A DNA stretch of 64,000 nucleotides from contig OZ245365.1 of the NCBI GenBank assembly GCA_965226495.1, positions 2,880,001 through 2,944,000 on the forward strand, given 5' to 3'. Shown in pieces: positions 11,391 through 21,706 of this stretch. Every line of letters starts with the position of its first letter. Within the stretch, counting starts at the first letter, position 1. Source of the DNA: Candidatus Marinacidobacterales bacterium. Lineage in GTDB: Bacteria; Acidobacteriota; Vicinamibacteria; Marinacidobacterales; DATDRI01. The translations under genes were made by a program, and so were the position numbers. The notes beneath the pieces are model-generated. The model was not told where the DNA came from. It saw nothing but the letters and a program-made list of their open reading frames with translations, and did no database searches.

Positions 11391-11999
11391 ATGACCTTGA
11401 AAATTCAACCATTCTTATTATTGCTTGGGTTCCTGATTGTTCCATTCGCCGTTCATGGGCAAGAGGAGGGCGAAGCCGCGGCCGAGGCCGAAGCCGAGGC
11501 CGAAGCCGCGCCCGCTGTGGAACCGCTGGTCGAAGCCGTCACGGGCGGCCAGCTTCGCGAAGTCCGTCGTCTCTTGAAAGAGGGTGCCGACCCTAACGTC
11601 ACAACCCAGGGTGGGACGCCGTTGCTCACATACGCGTCACTTCACGGTCTCGAAAACGTCGCGAAAGAACTCATCGGTGCCCAGGTCGATCTGAACGCTC
11701 AGAACCGAGCCGGCGCTACCGCTCTGATGTACGCCGCGCAGTTTAAGCACAACGGTGTCGTGGAAGCTCTCATTAAAGGCGGAACCGATGTGAACGCGAC
11801 CGATAGTGTGGGCTGGACACCGCTCATATACGCCGTCGTGGGAGGAAACGTCGCGGCCGTCACGGCCCTCCTCGAGGCAGGAGCAGACGTCAATACGACT
11901 GGCTTGTTTGGTCGCACCGCGGAACAAATCGCCGAGACTCGAGGGAACGCCGACGTCATCGAAGCTCTCAACCCGCCGCCGACGCCGTCCGGTTCGTGA
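11391..11999 (+). CDS. Secreted ankyrin-repeat protein
   Basis: GGAGG RBS, signal peptide, Glu/Ala linker; repeats GTPLLTYAS, GATALMYAA, GWTPLIYAV, LLEAGADVN. Confidence 0.9.
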   Translation: MTLKIQPFLLLLGFLIVPFAVHGQEEGEAAAEAEAEAEAAPAVEPLVEAVTGGQLREVRRLLKEGADPNVTTQGGTPLLTYASLHGLENVAKELIGAQVDLNAQNRAGATALMYAAQFKHNGVVEALIKGGTDVNATDSVGWTPLIYAVVGGNVAAVTALLEAGADVNTTGLFGRTAEQIAETRGNADVIEALNPPPTPSGS

Positions 12000-12029
12000 A
12001 AACCGGCGGCGGCTCGGTTGGCAGTCGTC

Positions 12030-12370
12030 TCAGAAGAATACGCTGACCGAGAAATAAACGGTCGTTGCCGCGAGATCGTACTCGGACGGTAGACCGCCGC
12101 TCGGCGTGAGCTCATCGTCACCAACCCCCACGAAAACACCGCCCATCACCGTGGCTTCATCGCTCGCCGAATAAACAACACTCGGCGACAGTAGTGAGCT
12201 CGGATCGTTGAGATTCAAGAGCCACAAGAACGACAAGCTCCACAAGGGGTGAAGCTGGTACTGGGCCTGGCTCGCGATCTCATCCCGACCCAACACCTGA
12301 AGCTCTCCCCTCTGAAACGCGAGGGGCATAAAAACGTCGGCGTATTCTTCCGGACTCGCGGCACCGTTTG
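12030..12370 (-). pseudogene. Orphan C-terminal fragment of a probable outer-membrane beta-barrel protein
   Basis: Amphipathic strand pattern ending VYFSVSVFF with terminal Phe; no N-terminal part or signal peptide upstream. The 5' boundary is approximate. Confidence 0.55.
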
Positions 12371-12553
12371 GGGTGTAAACGGGGCGGCTGAACAGATATC
12401 ATGGAACTCTTCGGGATGCAGTTGGAATAATGGAACAGGAGACTAAAATCGCCTCACCCGGCGTAAAACTCCCTTGATAACGGCGCGACATGTCATGACG
12501 CCAAGCAGTTTCCGCGGCGGGAGAGAGTTTAAAGGACGAGGAGACTATCAATA

Positions 12554-13570
12554 GTGGGACCAACTGTACTGGTATGGCTTCAGTTCGCCTTCTGCGTCCT
12601 TCTGATCGGGGTGGCGGGAAGCAGGCTTTGCCGCTACGGAGACGTCATCGCCGAGAAGACCGGGCTCAGCGGCACTTGGATCGGGGTAGTCATGTTGGCC
12701 ACCGTAACCTCCCTACCGGAGCTCGCCACCGGGATCAGCGCCGTCTCCTTCGCCAACACGCCGGATCTTGCGGTAGGAGACGTATTGGGAAGTTGCGTCT
12801 TCAATCTCTTCATCATCTTTCTCTTGGATTTCCTGCATCGCAAGGAATCCGTCTACACCCGCGCCAGTCAAGGACACATACTCTCGGCCGGCTTCGGCAT
12901 CATGATGCTCGGTTTCGCGGGTTTCAGTCTTCTGGTCTCCGCGCAGGGCCAGGTGGTACGCATCGGCCACGTGGGTCTCTACTCTCCGCTCATCTTGGTC
13001 CTCTACGTTCTAGCCATGCGAACCGTATTCCGCTACGAGCACGCCCACAGAAAAGAATCCACCGAGCAGGTCGCGGAAATCTATGGTCACCTTTCCTTAC
13101 AGCACGCGGTCATCGGCTATTCTGTGGCGGCGGCGGTCGTCGTAGGAGCGGGAATCTGGCTTCCCTTCATTGGAAAAGGGCTCGCCGATCTGATGGGTTG
13201 GGAGACGACGTTCGTTGGCACTTTGTTCGTGGCCTTCGCGACATCGGTGCCAGAAATGGTCGTTACCCTGGCCGCGTTGCGACTCGGTGCCCTCGACATG
13301 GCCTTGGGCAACATCCTCGGTAGCAACTTGTTCAACGTTGCCATCCTGGCCGTGGACGATATCCTCTACCTTCCCGGTCCACTCCTCGATCACGTTTCGT
13401 CCATTCACAGTGCCTCTGCAATGTCAGCCATCATGATGTCTGGGATTGCGATCGTTGGCTTGCTGTACAGGCCTAAGACGAACTTGTTCCGAAGGGTGGG
13501 ATGGATCAGCCTCTCCTTGTTGTTCGTCTACCTGCTGAACTCCTACGTTATCTACCTATTCGAGAGTTGA
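12554..13570 (+). CDS. CaCA family sodium:calcium / cation:H+ antiporter
   Basis: Two alpha repeats ATVTSLPEL...GDVLGSCVFN and ATSVPEM...GNILGSNLFN. Confidence 0.9.
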   Translation: MGPTVLVWLQFAFCVLLIGVAGSRLCRYGDVIAEKTGLSGTWIGVVMLATVTSLPELATGISAVSFANTPDLAVGDVLGSCVFNLFIIFLLDFLHRKESVYTRASQGHILSAGFGIMMLGFAGFSLLVSAQGQVVRIGHVGLYSPLILVLYVLAMRTVFRYEHAHRKESTEQVAEIYGHLSLQHAVIGYSVAAAVVVGAGIWLPFIGKGLADLMGWETTFVGTLFVAFATSVPEMVVTLAALRLGALDMALGNILGSNLFNVAILAVDDILYLPGPLLDHVSSIHSASAMSAIMMSGIAIVGLLYRPKTNLFRRVGWISLSLLFVYLLNSYVIYLFES

Positions 13571-13591
13571 GTATCGTGAAGGGGTGGGTTT

Positions 13592-14728
13592 ATGACCAAT
13601 GAGAAGGAAACAGCCGAGGACTCCCGTCGACCTAAGGTTGTGTTTTACTCGTTCCTGATCCTCCTCTTTTTTGTCTTCTTCCTCGCGTTCATCGTTTTCC
13701 GACACTTCTTGGTAACCGTCGCGGTTTCCGCGTCGGTAGCCGCGCTACTCGGCCCTGTCTACGACCGGCTAACCCACGCTCTGCGCGGCCGGAGATCTCT
13801 ATCTGCGGCGCTCATGGTCGCTCTCACCACCGTTGTCATACTCGTGCCCCTTCTGACCTATGTCATCTTGCTGAGTAATCAGGCAATCGATTTCTACGAA
13901 TGGGTTCGGCCCAAGCTGGAAGCCGACGCGCTCCGGCAACTTTGGAGCCAGGGTCTACCAGCTCGTTACCCGTGGGTCCTCAGAGTGCAGGAAGCGTTCC
14001 AGCTGACCGAGCTCGACCAAAACCGTATTATGGAGCTCGTCTCACCCGCGCTCAGCCAGCTTGCTTCGGGGGCGAATCGCATCATACAAGGGGCGGTCGC
14101 TGGTGTTACTTCGGCACTACTCTATCTAATACTGTTTCTCATTACGCTTTTTTTCATCCTGCGCGACGGAGAAGCCCTGGCCGGAGAGCTCAAAGGAGTT
14201 TCCCCCGTGTCGACGGCGCAATCCCACGAAATATATGAGCGCCTGACGAAAACTGTCAAGGCGGTGCTATATGCGATGGTCGTGGTTCCAGTGGCGCAAG
14301 GACTACTCGCGATGCTCGGCTTCAAGATTTTCGGCCTCCCTTCGCCGCTGTTCTGGGGAACGATGTTGATCTTCGCCGCGGTCATTCCTGGGATCGGCTC
14401 ACCGTTGGTATGGATTCCCGCTACAATATACCTCTTGGTCGCCGGGCCTCTGTGGCAAGGGATCGGGATGCTTCTCTACGGCACGTTCGTCATCAGTACG
14501 TCCGACAACATCATCAAACCAATCCTTCTTCACGAGACGGCCCAGATTCACCCGCTCCTCGCCTTCTTCTCGATTCTGGGCGGCATCCTTTCTTTTGGAC
14601 TCATCGGCTTTCTCGTGGGGCCCGTGATTTTGTCTCTAATGCTCTCCGCGATACGGATTTATCGGATGGATATTCTGCGAGCCCCCTCGGGGACGATGAC
14701 TCCCCCTGCCCAGGCACCTGCCAAATAG
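13592..14728 (+). CDS. AI-2E family transporter
   Basis: FFILRDG, IPGIGSPLVWIP, DNIIKP, IHPLLAFFSILGG..FG..GFLVGP. Confidence 0.9.
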   Translation: MTNEKETAEDSRRPKVVFYSFLILLFFVFFLAFIVFRHFLVTVAVSASVAALLGPVYDRLTHALRGRRSLSAALMVALTTVVILVPLLTYVILLSNQAIDFYEWVRPKLEADALRQLWSQGLPARYPWVLRVQEAFQLTELDQNRIMELVSPALSQLASGANRIIQGAVAGVTSALLYLILFLITLFFILRDGEALAGELKGVSPVSTAQSHEIYERLTKTVKAVLYAMVVVPVAQGLLAMLGFKIFGLPSPLFWGTMLIFAAVIPGIGSPLVWIPATIYLLVAGPLWQGIGMLLYGTFVISTSDNIIKPILLHETAQIHPLLAFFSILGGILSFGLIGFLVGPVILSLMLSAIRIYRMDILRAPSGTMTPPAQAPAK

Positions 14729-14878
14729 CGTGAAGCGTGGCTAGCCGTGTAACCAGAGCTCAGCGGTCGTCCCATCTCCTTGGCAGCTGCAAACTCCCCA
14801 AATGTTGCGCCATCGCAAGACGCTCTTGCGACGATACGGCCCCGATCATAGAATGCGCCGCGAGACCAAAAACTAGCT

Positions 14879-15529
14879 ATGCTGCATGACGTCATCGAAA
14901 AGCTCTCCAATCATCCCGGCCTTTTCCTCTTTTGTCGGGGACTGCTGGAGGGAAACTTTCGGACCATTCGGCGTACCATCCATGAGCAGCTACCCGACCA
15001 GGAAGGCCGCAAGGTGCTGGATGTGGCGTGTGGACCGGGGGCCTTTTCCGAGCTCTTCCCTGCGGAAAAGTACGTAGGGGTGGACATGAATCAACGCTAC
15101 ATCGACTACGCTCGGCTTCATTACAAGGGGACGTTCCACGTAATGGATGCGCGGAGACTCGAGTTCGAAGCGGACACCTTCGATGATGTGTTGGTCTACG
15201 GCCTGCTTCACCACTTGAACGACGAGGATGCTCGAGCGGTTCTGGGCGGCATCGCCCGTGCTCTGAAACCGGCCGGCCGAGCCCTGATCATCGAGGACGT
15301 TCCTACCGAATCACGTCTCAACTTGATCGGACACCTGCTGCATCGCATAGAGAACGGCCACTTCATCCGTACCGCCGAGGAGTACCGCATCTTGTTGAGT
15401 GATCATCTCGAAAAGCAAGGCGAGCGGTTCTTCCGCAGTGGCTTCTGTGACTACTATATGGCGAGCCTCACCCGCGAAGGAGTGCCGTCCACAGCTGCGG
15501 CCCCCGTCCGAGCCACACCCTCCCCATGA
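14879..15529 (+). CDS. Class I SAM-dependent methyltransferase
   Basis: VLDVACGPG, GVDMN, DARRL, LLHHL, LKPAG. Confidence 0.9.
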   Translation: MLHDVIEKLSNHPGLFLFCRGLLEGNFRTIRRTIHEQLPDQEGRKVLDVACGPGAFSELFPAEKYVGVDMNQRYIDYARLHYKGTFHVMDARRLEFEADTFDDVLVYGLLHHLNDEDARAVLGGIARALKPAGRALIIEDVPTESRLNLIGHLLHRIENGHFIRTAEEYRILLSDHLEKQGERFFRSGFCDYYMASLTREGVPSTAAAPVRATPSP

Positions 15530-17505
15530 AGGCTGAGGTCCGACGCGCGGGCCTTTTGCTGGTTGCAGCATCGATACTCTTCCTTCTCGCCTATCAGGCC
15601 CCGACCGATCTCTTCTTCGACTTCGGACCCAACGACCGGGACTACGTCACCGGCTTTCGCGAAGACTTCGAGGTCGATGAGCCGACTCTGATCCATTGGA
15701 CCCTCCGACGCGGACGGGTGCGACTTCCCGTCGTCCTGCCGAACGGTCCCTTCGAGATCTCCTTTCGCTATAAGCGCCACATCGCTCTGCCCGCCGAAAC
15801 CACTCTTTTCGTCGCTAACGAGCAGGTCGCTCGCTTCCCAGTGCCGCAACAAGATTTCCTCGTTCGGAAGGTGACGGTCTCAGAAAACCCGCGACCCTGG
15901 GCACCGCTCGACATCGTATTTCTCTCCCAATCTTCAGATCCCAGACCGCTCGGCCTGGCCCTCGACTGGCTACGGATCCTACCTTCCGGTCCGGTGCTAC
16001 CGGCGCCGGCCGGCTTCCTTTATTTGCTGGGAACGGTTCTCGGCTTGTACGTATTTCCTCGTCTCATTGGATTCTCGTCGAAGGCGTCGCTGAGCATCGC
16101 GGCGGGTGGAGCCGTCGCCCTTGCCATAGGAACCGCCTATCACAAGCTGGCCTGGGTTCAAGCTTCCACGCAGTTAGGACTCCGTCCACACGTCATTTCG
16201 TTCATCGTGGTTGCATTCTTCTTAGTGCGCCGGCGAAATCAGAATTCTGCCTTCTCACATCCGCTGGCCCGGTGGGCAATGCTGGCGTTCTACTTGGGGA
16301 CGACGCTTCGCTTGCTCGCCTTGTTTCACCCGGATTTCTACTACCCCGACGTGCGGACCCACTCCAAGTTTGTCTCCATTATTTGGACCGAGGGCCTCAC
16401 CGGCTTCTTCGTGGATCACATTCCAAATCAGCACCGTCATCTACTTGGGCTTCAGCGGGTAGGGGAAGAGTGGAAGGCGTTCCCCTATCCTCCGCTGCTG
16501 TATCTCTCCATCTATCCTCTCAGTCTTCTTCGGCTCCCGGTCGAGGATTGGATGAAGATCGTCCCCACCGTGCTTGCCGGCATCGAGGGACTCATCGTCT
16601 ACGTGATGGCGCTCCGACTCGGCGCATCGTCCCGCGCCGCGGTAGCAGCAAGTTGGATTCACGCAACCGCACCGCTTCTTGCGTTTCGCCTCACCGTGGC
16701 ATCCTACGCCGCACTCTTCGGTCACTTTTGGGACATGCTGGTCGCTCTCTATTTGCTCCTCCTATTCGGACGGATGGAGCGAGCCAAGATTGGAATAGGC
16801 CTGGCGTTACTCGTCGCGCTGTCGATCCTTTCGTATGCCGGCAGCGTCCTCGTCCTTGGCCTCTTCGTACCGGCCTTCGCTGTCTCGGTGGCTTTCCGAC
16901 ACCGGGAAAAGATCGACATCCGGCGCGCGATCCGCGTCGGCCTCTGGGCTTTGGCGGGCGCTTTGTCGGCGATCGTCCTCTTTTACAGCCAGTACATCCC
17001 GGAGCTACTGCCTCAAGGTTTGAGTCAAGTTGCCCAAACCTCATCCGGGGGAGCCTTGATCGAGCTCCGCGTCACACCGATAGCTGCACTTCAGATGACC
17101 GTTCACCGATTGTTTCTGTTCTACGGACCGTTGTTCGGTATTCTGGTCTTCGCCGGATGGTACGTGGCACGCGGGCACCTTACGCACCGCCTGGCCTTCC
17201 CCCTCGCACTCGGGACGGTCTTCACTTTCCTTGGGCTCAACTTCTTGCGATCGGGACTCGGCGGGACCCACATCTTTCAGTTCACGAAGGACGATTTGGT
17301 GCTGTTGCCGATGGCGGCGATCGTGCTCAGCAACCTCATGGACGTCGCAGCCAACCGATCTCGAGCCGGAAAGGTTGTTGCCGCGGGCCTACTTGCCGGG
17401 TGGATAGGATGGGGCACTTTCGCACTCGCACGCGACGTTCAATCACGTTTCATCAGGCCCGATTATCCGCCTTCCGCGTCGGCCACCACTTTTCCCCCAA
17501 AGTGA
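15526..17505 (+). CDS. Multi-pass membrane protein, probable GT-C-like glycosyltransferase with N-terminal periplasmic domain
   Basis: ATGA overlap with the methyltransferase; DPRPLGLALD beta-domain motif, YPDVRTH, FPYPPLLY, many TM segments. Confidence 0.6.
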   Translation: MKAEVRRAGLLLVAASILFLLAYQAPTDLFFDFGPNDRDYVTGFREDFEVDEPTLIHWTLRRGRVRLPVVLPNGPFEISFRYKRHIALPAETTLFVANEQVARFPVPQQDFLVRKVTVSENPRPWAPLDIVFLSQSSDPRPLGLALDWLRILPSGPVLPAPAGFLYLLGTVLGLYVFPRLIGFSSKASLSIAAGGAVALAIGTAYHKLAWVQASTQLGLRPHVISFIVVAFFLVRRRNQNSAFSHPLARWAMLAFYLGTTLRLLALFHPDFYYPDVRTHSKFVSIIWTEGLTGFFVDHIPNQHRHLLGLQRVGEEWKAFPYPPLLYLSIYPLSLLRLPVEDWMKIVPTVLAGIEGLIVYVMALRLGASSRAAVAASWIHATAPLLAFRLTVASYAALFGHFWDMLVALYLLLLFGRMERAKIGIGLALLVALSILSYAGSVLVLGLFVPAFAVSVAFRHREKIDIRRAIRVGLWALAGALSAIVLFYSQYIPELLPQGLSQVAQTSSGGALIELRVTPIAALQMTVHRLFLFYGPLFGILVFAGWYVARGHLTHRLAFPLALGTVFTFLGLNFLRSGLGGTHIFQFTKDDLVLLPMAAIVLSNLMDVAANRSRAGKVVAAGLLAGWIGWGTFALARDVQSRFIRPDYPPSASATTFPPK

Positions 17506-19226
17506 AGGAGCAAGGGGACGCAGGTCACCACCACGACACCTCCCACTACGGCGCCCGCAACGTTTCCGAACAAGAGTGCGCCACTGCCCAACATCACTGC
17601 GTAAATCATGCCACTTGCAACAGGCCAAGCGATGAGCGCGGCGCCGATAGACTTGGGACGGGTCGGAATCTTTTCGTAGACTCTCGCCCAACCTCGATGT
17701 GGCGGCCTTACCCTCTGGCAGAACGCGACGAGAGTATCTTCCCCGGTGGGGCCCGTGAGCAAGGTTGCGGTGACCCAACAAGTCGTCGTCACCGCAACTC
17801 CAATGAGTAACGAAAGGTGGGGCCCTGCATCGAGCCCCAACCGTCTCGCGAGTGCAAGCGCCACGGCAACACTAAAGGAAGCCGCCATCGCCACGATCTC
17901 ACTCCAGGCGTTCACTCGCCACCATAGCCAGCGGACGATGAACAGGAGTCCGGTCCCTGCTCCTATCTGGACTATCAGATCAAAAGTAGCTTTGGCAGTG
18001 TCGAGCACCATCGTCAGCAGCGCGGCGACACCCATGAGGGCTACTGTGACCCATCGCGCCATCCGCACGTAATGGTGCTCGTCGGCATCGACCTTCAAGA
18101 AGCGGCGGTAGACGTCATGAACTACATACGAAGCACCCCAGTTCAAGTGTGTATCGACCGTTGACATATAGGCTCCGACGAGTGAGGCCACCATCAGGCC
18201 GAGAATTCCTGCCGGTAGCAACCGCAGCATGAGGGGGTACGCGAGATCGTGCCCGACGAGGGATGGATCGACGCCCGGCAAGGCGGCCTGGATCGCAGCA
18301 AGGTCCGGGTAAAGGACTACCGAGGCGAGGCCGACGAGAATCCATGGCCAAGGGCGTAGTCCGTAATGCGCAACGTTGAACCAGAGCGTGCCAAGAAGAG
18401 CGTGCCGTTCGTTTTTTGCGGCCAGCATCCTCTGGGCGACGTACCCGCCGCCGCCCGGCTCCGAGCCGGGATACCAAACACTCCACCACTGCAGAGCGAG
18501 CGGAACGACCAGTAGGCCGACAAAAAGATCGCCGCTCGAAGGTCACGGCACCATCGCCAGCTTGTCCGACAACCGGCTCGTCAGACCGGAGAGCCCTCCG
18601 ACCTCGGGTTGAGATAAAGCCCAGACCGCAGCCAGAACCGACCCGATCAAGGACAGAAAAAACTGCAGCAAGTCCGTCGCCACCACTCCCCAAAACCCAG
18701 CCACCACTGCGTAGAAGACCGCGATGAACGCGCACGCTCCCACCGAGACGACTTTACTCACTCCAAACAAGGCTCCCCCGATTTTGGCAGCCGCGAGCGT
18801 CACGGAAGCGATGACGATGACATTGAATAGGACACCGAGGTAGACCGCGCGGAATCCTCGCAGGAAAGCCGCAGGCCGCCCCGAGTATCGGATCTCGTAA
18901 AACTCGAGGTCGGTCAGTAGACCACTGCGTCGCCAAAGTGGGGCAAAGACAAAAACCGTCAGCATCCCCGACAACAGAAACGCCCACCACACCCAGTTCC
19001 CCGCAACGCCATTCGTTCGCACGAGCTCGGTGACCCAATTGGGGGTGTCGGTGGAAAAGGTCGTCGCCACCATGGAGGTGCCCAAGAGCCACCAAGGTAG
19101 CGACCGCCCGGCAAGAAAGAACTCCTCCGTCCCCTTCCCGGCCCGCCGGGCGAAAACGACCCCCACGCCTATCGCGAAGAAAAAGTAGGCGGCGACGATG
19201 CCCCAATCCAACCAAGAAAGCGCCAT
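17463..19226 (-). pseudogene. Sodium:solute symporter (SSS) interrupted by one in-frame TGA at 18543-18545
   Basis: ORFs 18543-19226 and 17463-18428 share a frame, and the sequence after the TGA reads PSSGDLF...GSEPGGGGYVAQRMLAAK. Motifs EFFLAGR, SMVATTFSTDTP, MSTVDTHLNWGASY. Confidence 0.85.
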
Positions 19227-19354
19227 GGTTGCTGGATTCTATAACGAGTCTCGACCAAGCGTCGGGATTCGCGCTTGGCAACGCACCGTGAATAGTGTAC
19301 TAGAGGGCCGAACGCCTTTGACTCTCTTCACGTCTTCACGAAAGGAAACGCAGC

Positions 19355-20340
19355 ATGTTCAAACGCGGTCCGGCGACCATCGTGTGCGTTATTTCCACCT
19401 TACTTGTCTCCTGGGCGGTGCACGGCACCGCGACAGCCAGCTGAATACGACGACTTGGTCGCTCTGTTCAACGAATTCCGTGAATTCCAGGAACCGCTCA
19501 TCACCGACGGCGTCCCCGAGTACACCATCGCCGCCATGAGAGAAAAGTACACCGGCTTGAACGAGTTCCAAGACCGCCTGGCCGCGATGACCATAGATGA
19601 TTGGCCGACCTGGCAAAAGGTCGATTATCACTTGGTTCGCGCCGAGATGAACGCTGTGGAATTCCATCACCGAGTACTCAAACCCTGGGCACGCGACCCT
19701 GGTTTCTACTCGATGAGGCAGGGAGACGCCGGGCCGTCGATGAACCTCGAGAAGTTTCTGTCTCCCCTCTCCGACATGCAGTTTCCCTTGTCCAAAGAGG
19801 ACGAAGCTAGAGCTGAGGCCATATTGAACGCGTTCCCGAGAGTCTACGAGCAGGCCAGAAGCAATCTGACCGAAGCCAGCGGTGACCTGGCGGAGCTCGC
19901 GATTCGGGACAACATTAGAGAGACCCGTTTCTTCGATAGGATTGCCGAGCAGTCCGCGGCGCATCATCCGGCCCTCGCGTCTAGTGCCAAGCGTGCGGCG
20001 GACGCGTTACGCGACTACGTTGAGTGGCTGAGACAGAACAAACATAAGATGACCGCACCGGCCGGGATCGGCAAGGAAAACTATAGTTGGTGGATGAGAA
20101 ACGTGCAGCTCTCCCCCTGGGGCTGGGAAGAAAAGAACGCGATTATCCAAAGAGAGTACGATCGCATCATTGTTTTCTTGAAGCTGGAGGAGCATAGGAA
20201 TCGTAAGCTACCTCCGCTAGAGGTAGCTATGTCGGAGAGGGAATGGGAGAAGCGCCTGCGCCAAGCCCTCCGTTACGTGGTCGAGTTCCTGCGCGACGAG
20301 GAGATCATGACGGTTCCCGATTGGGTGAATCCGAGTGATC
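19355..20340 (+). pseudogene. Secreted DUF885-like protein, frameshifted near 19438 and truncated at the C-terminus
   Basis: ATG 19355 with a signal peptide is out of frame with the body, consistent with a CAGC 4-bp duplication. Body motifs VDYHLVRAEMN, PWARDPGFY, GIGKENY. Similarity ends near 20340. Confidence 0.7.
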
Positions 20341-20342
20341 GG

Positions 20343-21095
20343 ACAGCGACGACCAACCGCGGCATGGCCAAAAATATCCGTTCCCGGAAACGCCGTTCAC
20401 CCTAAATAACATGACCTTAATCAACACACTCGAGAACCTCGGCATGTCCTACTCCCACATGCCGCTGGCGAGGAACGGCGACAAGTGCATGACAACGGGA
20501 ACATGTGATCGGCATGGTTTCGCTAATAAGCCGGCATTTTGATTCGCCGGACTACCAGCGGGAAGGCAAAATGCTGTTTACCATGAGTGACGGTACTACA
20601 ACCCCCCTGGAACGACACATTCTTGCCAATGTGTCGCGGTCCGATATTGACGCGAAAATGACCTCGGAGATGCCCCTCTCCCTAGGTGGCGCGATGGAAC
20701 AGTTTGAAAGCCCCGAAAACCGGGTGAGCCTGGGTACGGGCACGACGAGGCGCGGCCTCGCCACGACAGAAATAGAGTTCGGTGTCAATGAAACCACCCA
20801 AAAGTCCCATCGAGCGCATACGCAGACCCTGGCCGGCGTTCTGAAAGCTGCTGGTTCTAAAGAAGACAGCATTCGAATCCGCCTCGGGAATCCGGATGGC
20901 GCCCATGCAACCTCGACCTGTCGCATGAGCGGCTCCGACTTCGATGGGGTCGTCGATCGCAACTTGCAGGTTCACGGGACGGACAATCTCTACGTGTGCT
21001 CCAACGCAGTTTTTCCCAACGTGGCCGCAGCCAATCCCACCCTAACCGTGGCAGCACTTGCTGCGCGGTTATCCCAAAATATTGACGCTGCATGA
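20343..21095 (+). pseudogene. GMC oxidoreductase remnant in two non-contiguous pieces
   Basis: Piece 1 reads YPFP...YSHMPLARNGDKCMTTGTC. Piece 2 has HATSTCRMS...GVVDRNLQVHGTDNLYVCSNAVFP...NPTLTVAALAAR. No N-terminal GxGxxG FAD motif. Confidence 0.8.
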
Positions 21096-21133
21096 TTCCT
21101 AGGCCCCATGGTTAGCGAGAGCGAGGATCCTTC

Positions 21134-21706
21134 ATGCCGTTGACACGGGACGAAGCTTGGCAACACCTTTGTGAATGGACCAAAACGGATTCGCTGCGCA
21201 AGCACGCGCGGGCGGTGGAAATCGTCATGCGGCAAGCCGCGCACCGCTATGGACAAGGTGTGGCCGAAGAAGAGAAGTGGGGCATCGCCGGCATGCTGCA
21301 CGATGGGGACTACGAGCAGTGGCCCGAGGATCATCCCAACCGCATCGTCGCCTGGCTTCGTGATCGCGGTGAAGAGGAGCTCGCTTACGCCATCTCCGCT
21401 CATTACACGAAGTGGAACGTTCCGTACAAGAGTCAGCTCGATCGCAGTCTTCTAGCCTGCGATGAGCTCACCGGTTTCATCGTTGCAAGCTGTCTAGTCC
21501 GCCCGGAGGGCGTCCACACGATTGCGCCCAAAAGCGTGCGGAAGAAACTCAAAGACAAGGCGTTCGCCGCCAAGGTCGAGCGCGCGGAGGTTCACGCTGG
21601 CGTGGAACTGCTCGGTGTGGAGATCTCCGAGCACATTCAGTTCATCCTCGATTCCCTGAAACCGCACGCCGATGAGCTTGGAATTGGTGGAAAGGGTCCA
21701 GCCTAG
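21134..21706 (+). CDS. HD-superfamily (HDIG-type) hydrolase
   Basis: LRKH, GMLHDGDYE, AISAH, ACDELTGF, KKLKDKAFAA. Confidence 0.85.
   Translation: MPLTRDEAWQHLCEWTKTDSLRKHARAVEIVMRQAAHRYGQGVAEEEKWGIAGMLHDGDYEQWPEDHPNRIVAWLRDRGEEELAYAISAHYTKWNVPYKSQLDRSLLACDELTGFIVASCLVRPEGVHTIAPKSVRKKLKDKAFAAKVERAEVHAGVELLGVEISEHIQFILDSLKPHADELGIGGKGPA

Noticed and set aside
11472-11510. GCCGAGGCCGAA repeats in the ankyrin gene
   Set aside because: An ordinary in-frame Ala/Glu low-complexity linker.
16272-17810. 512-aa alternative-frame ORF and the many other overlapping ORFs
   Set aside because: Arg/Pro/Ser-rich shadows of real genes, expected at high GC, with no recognisable motifs.
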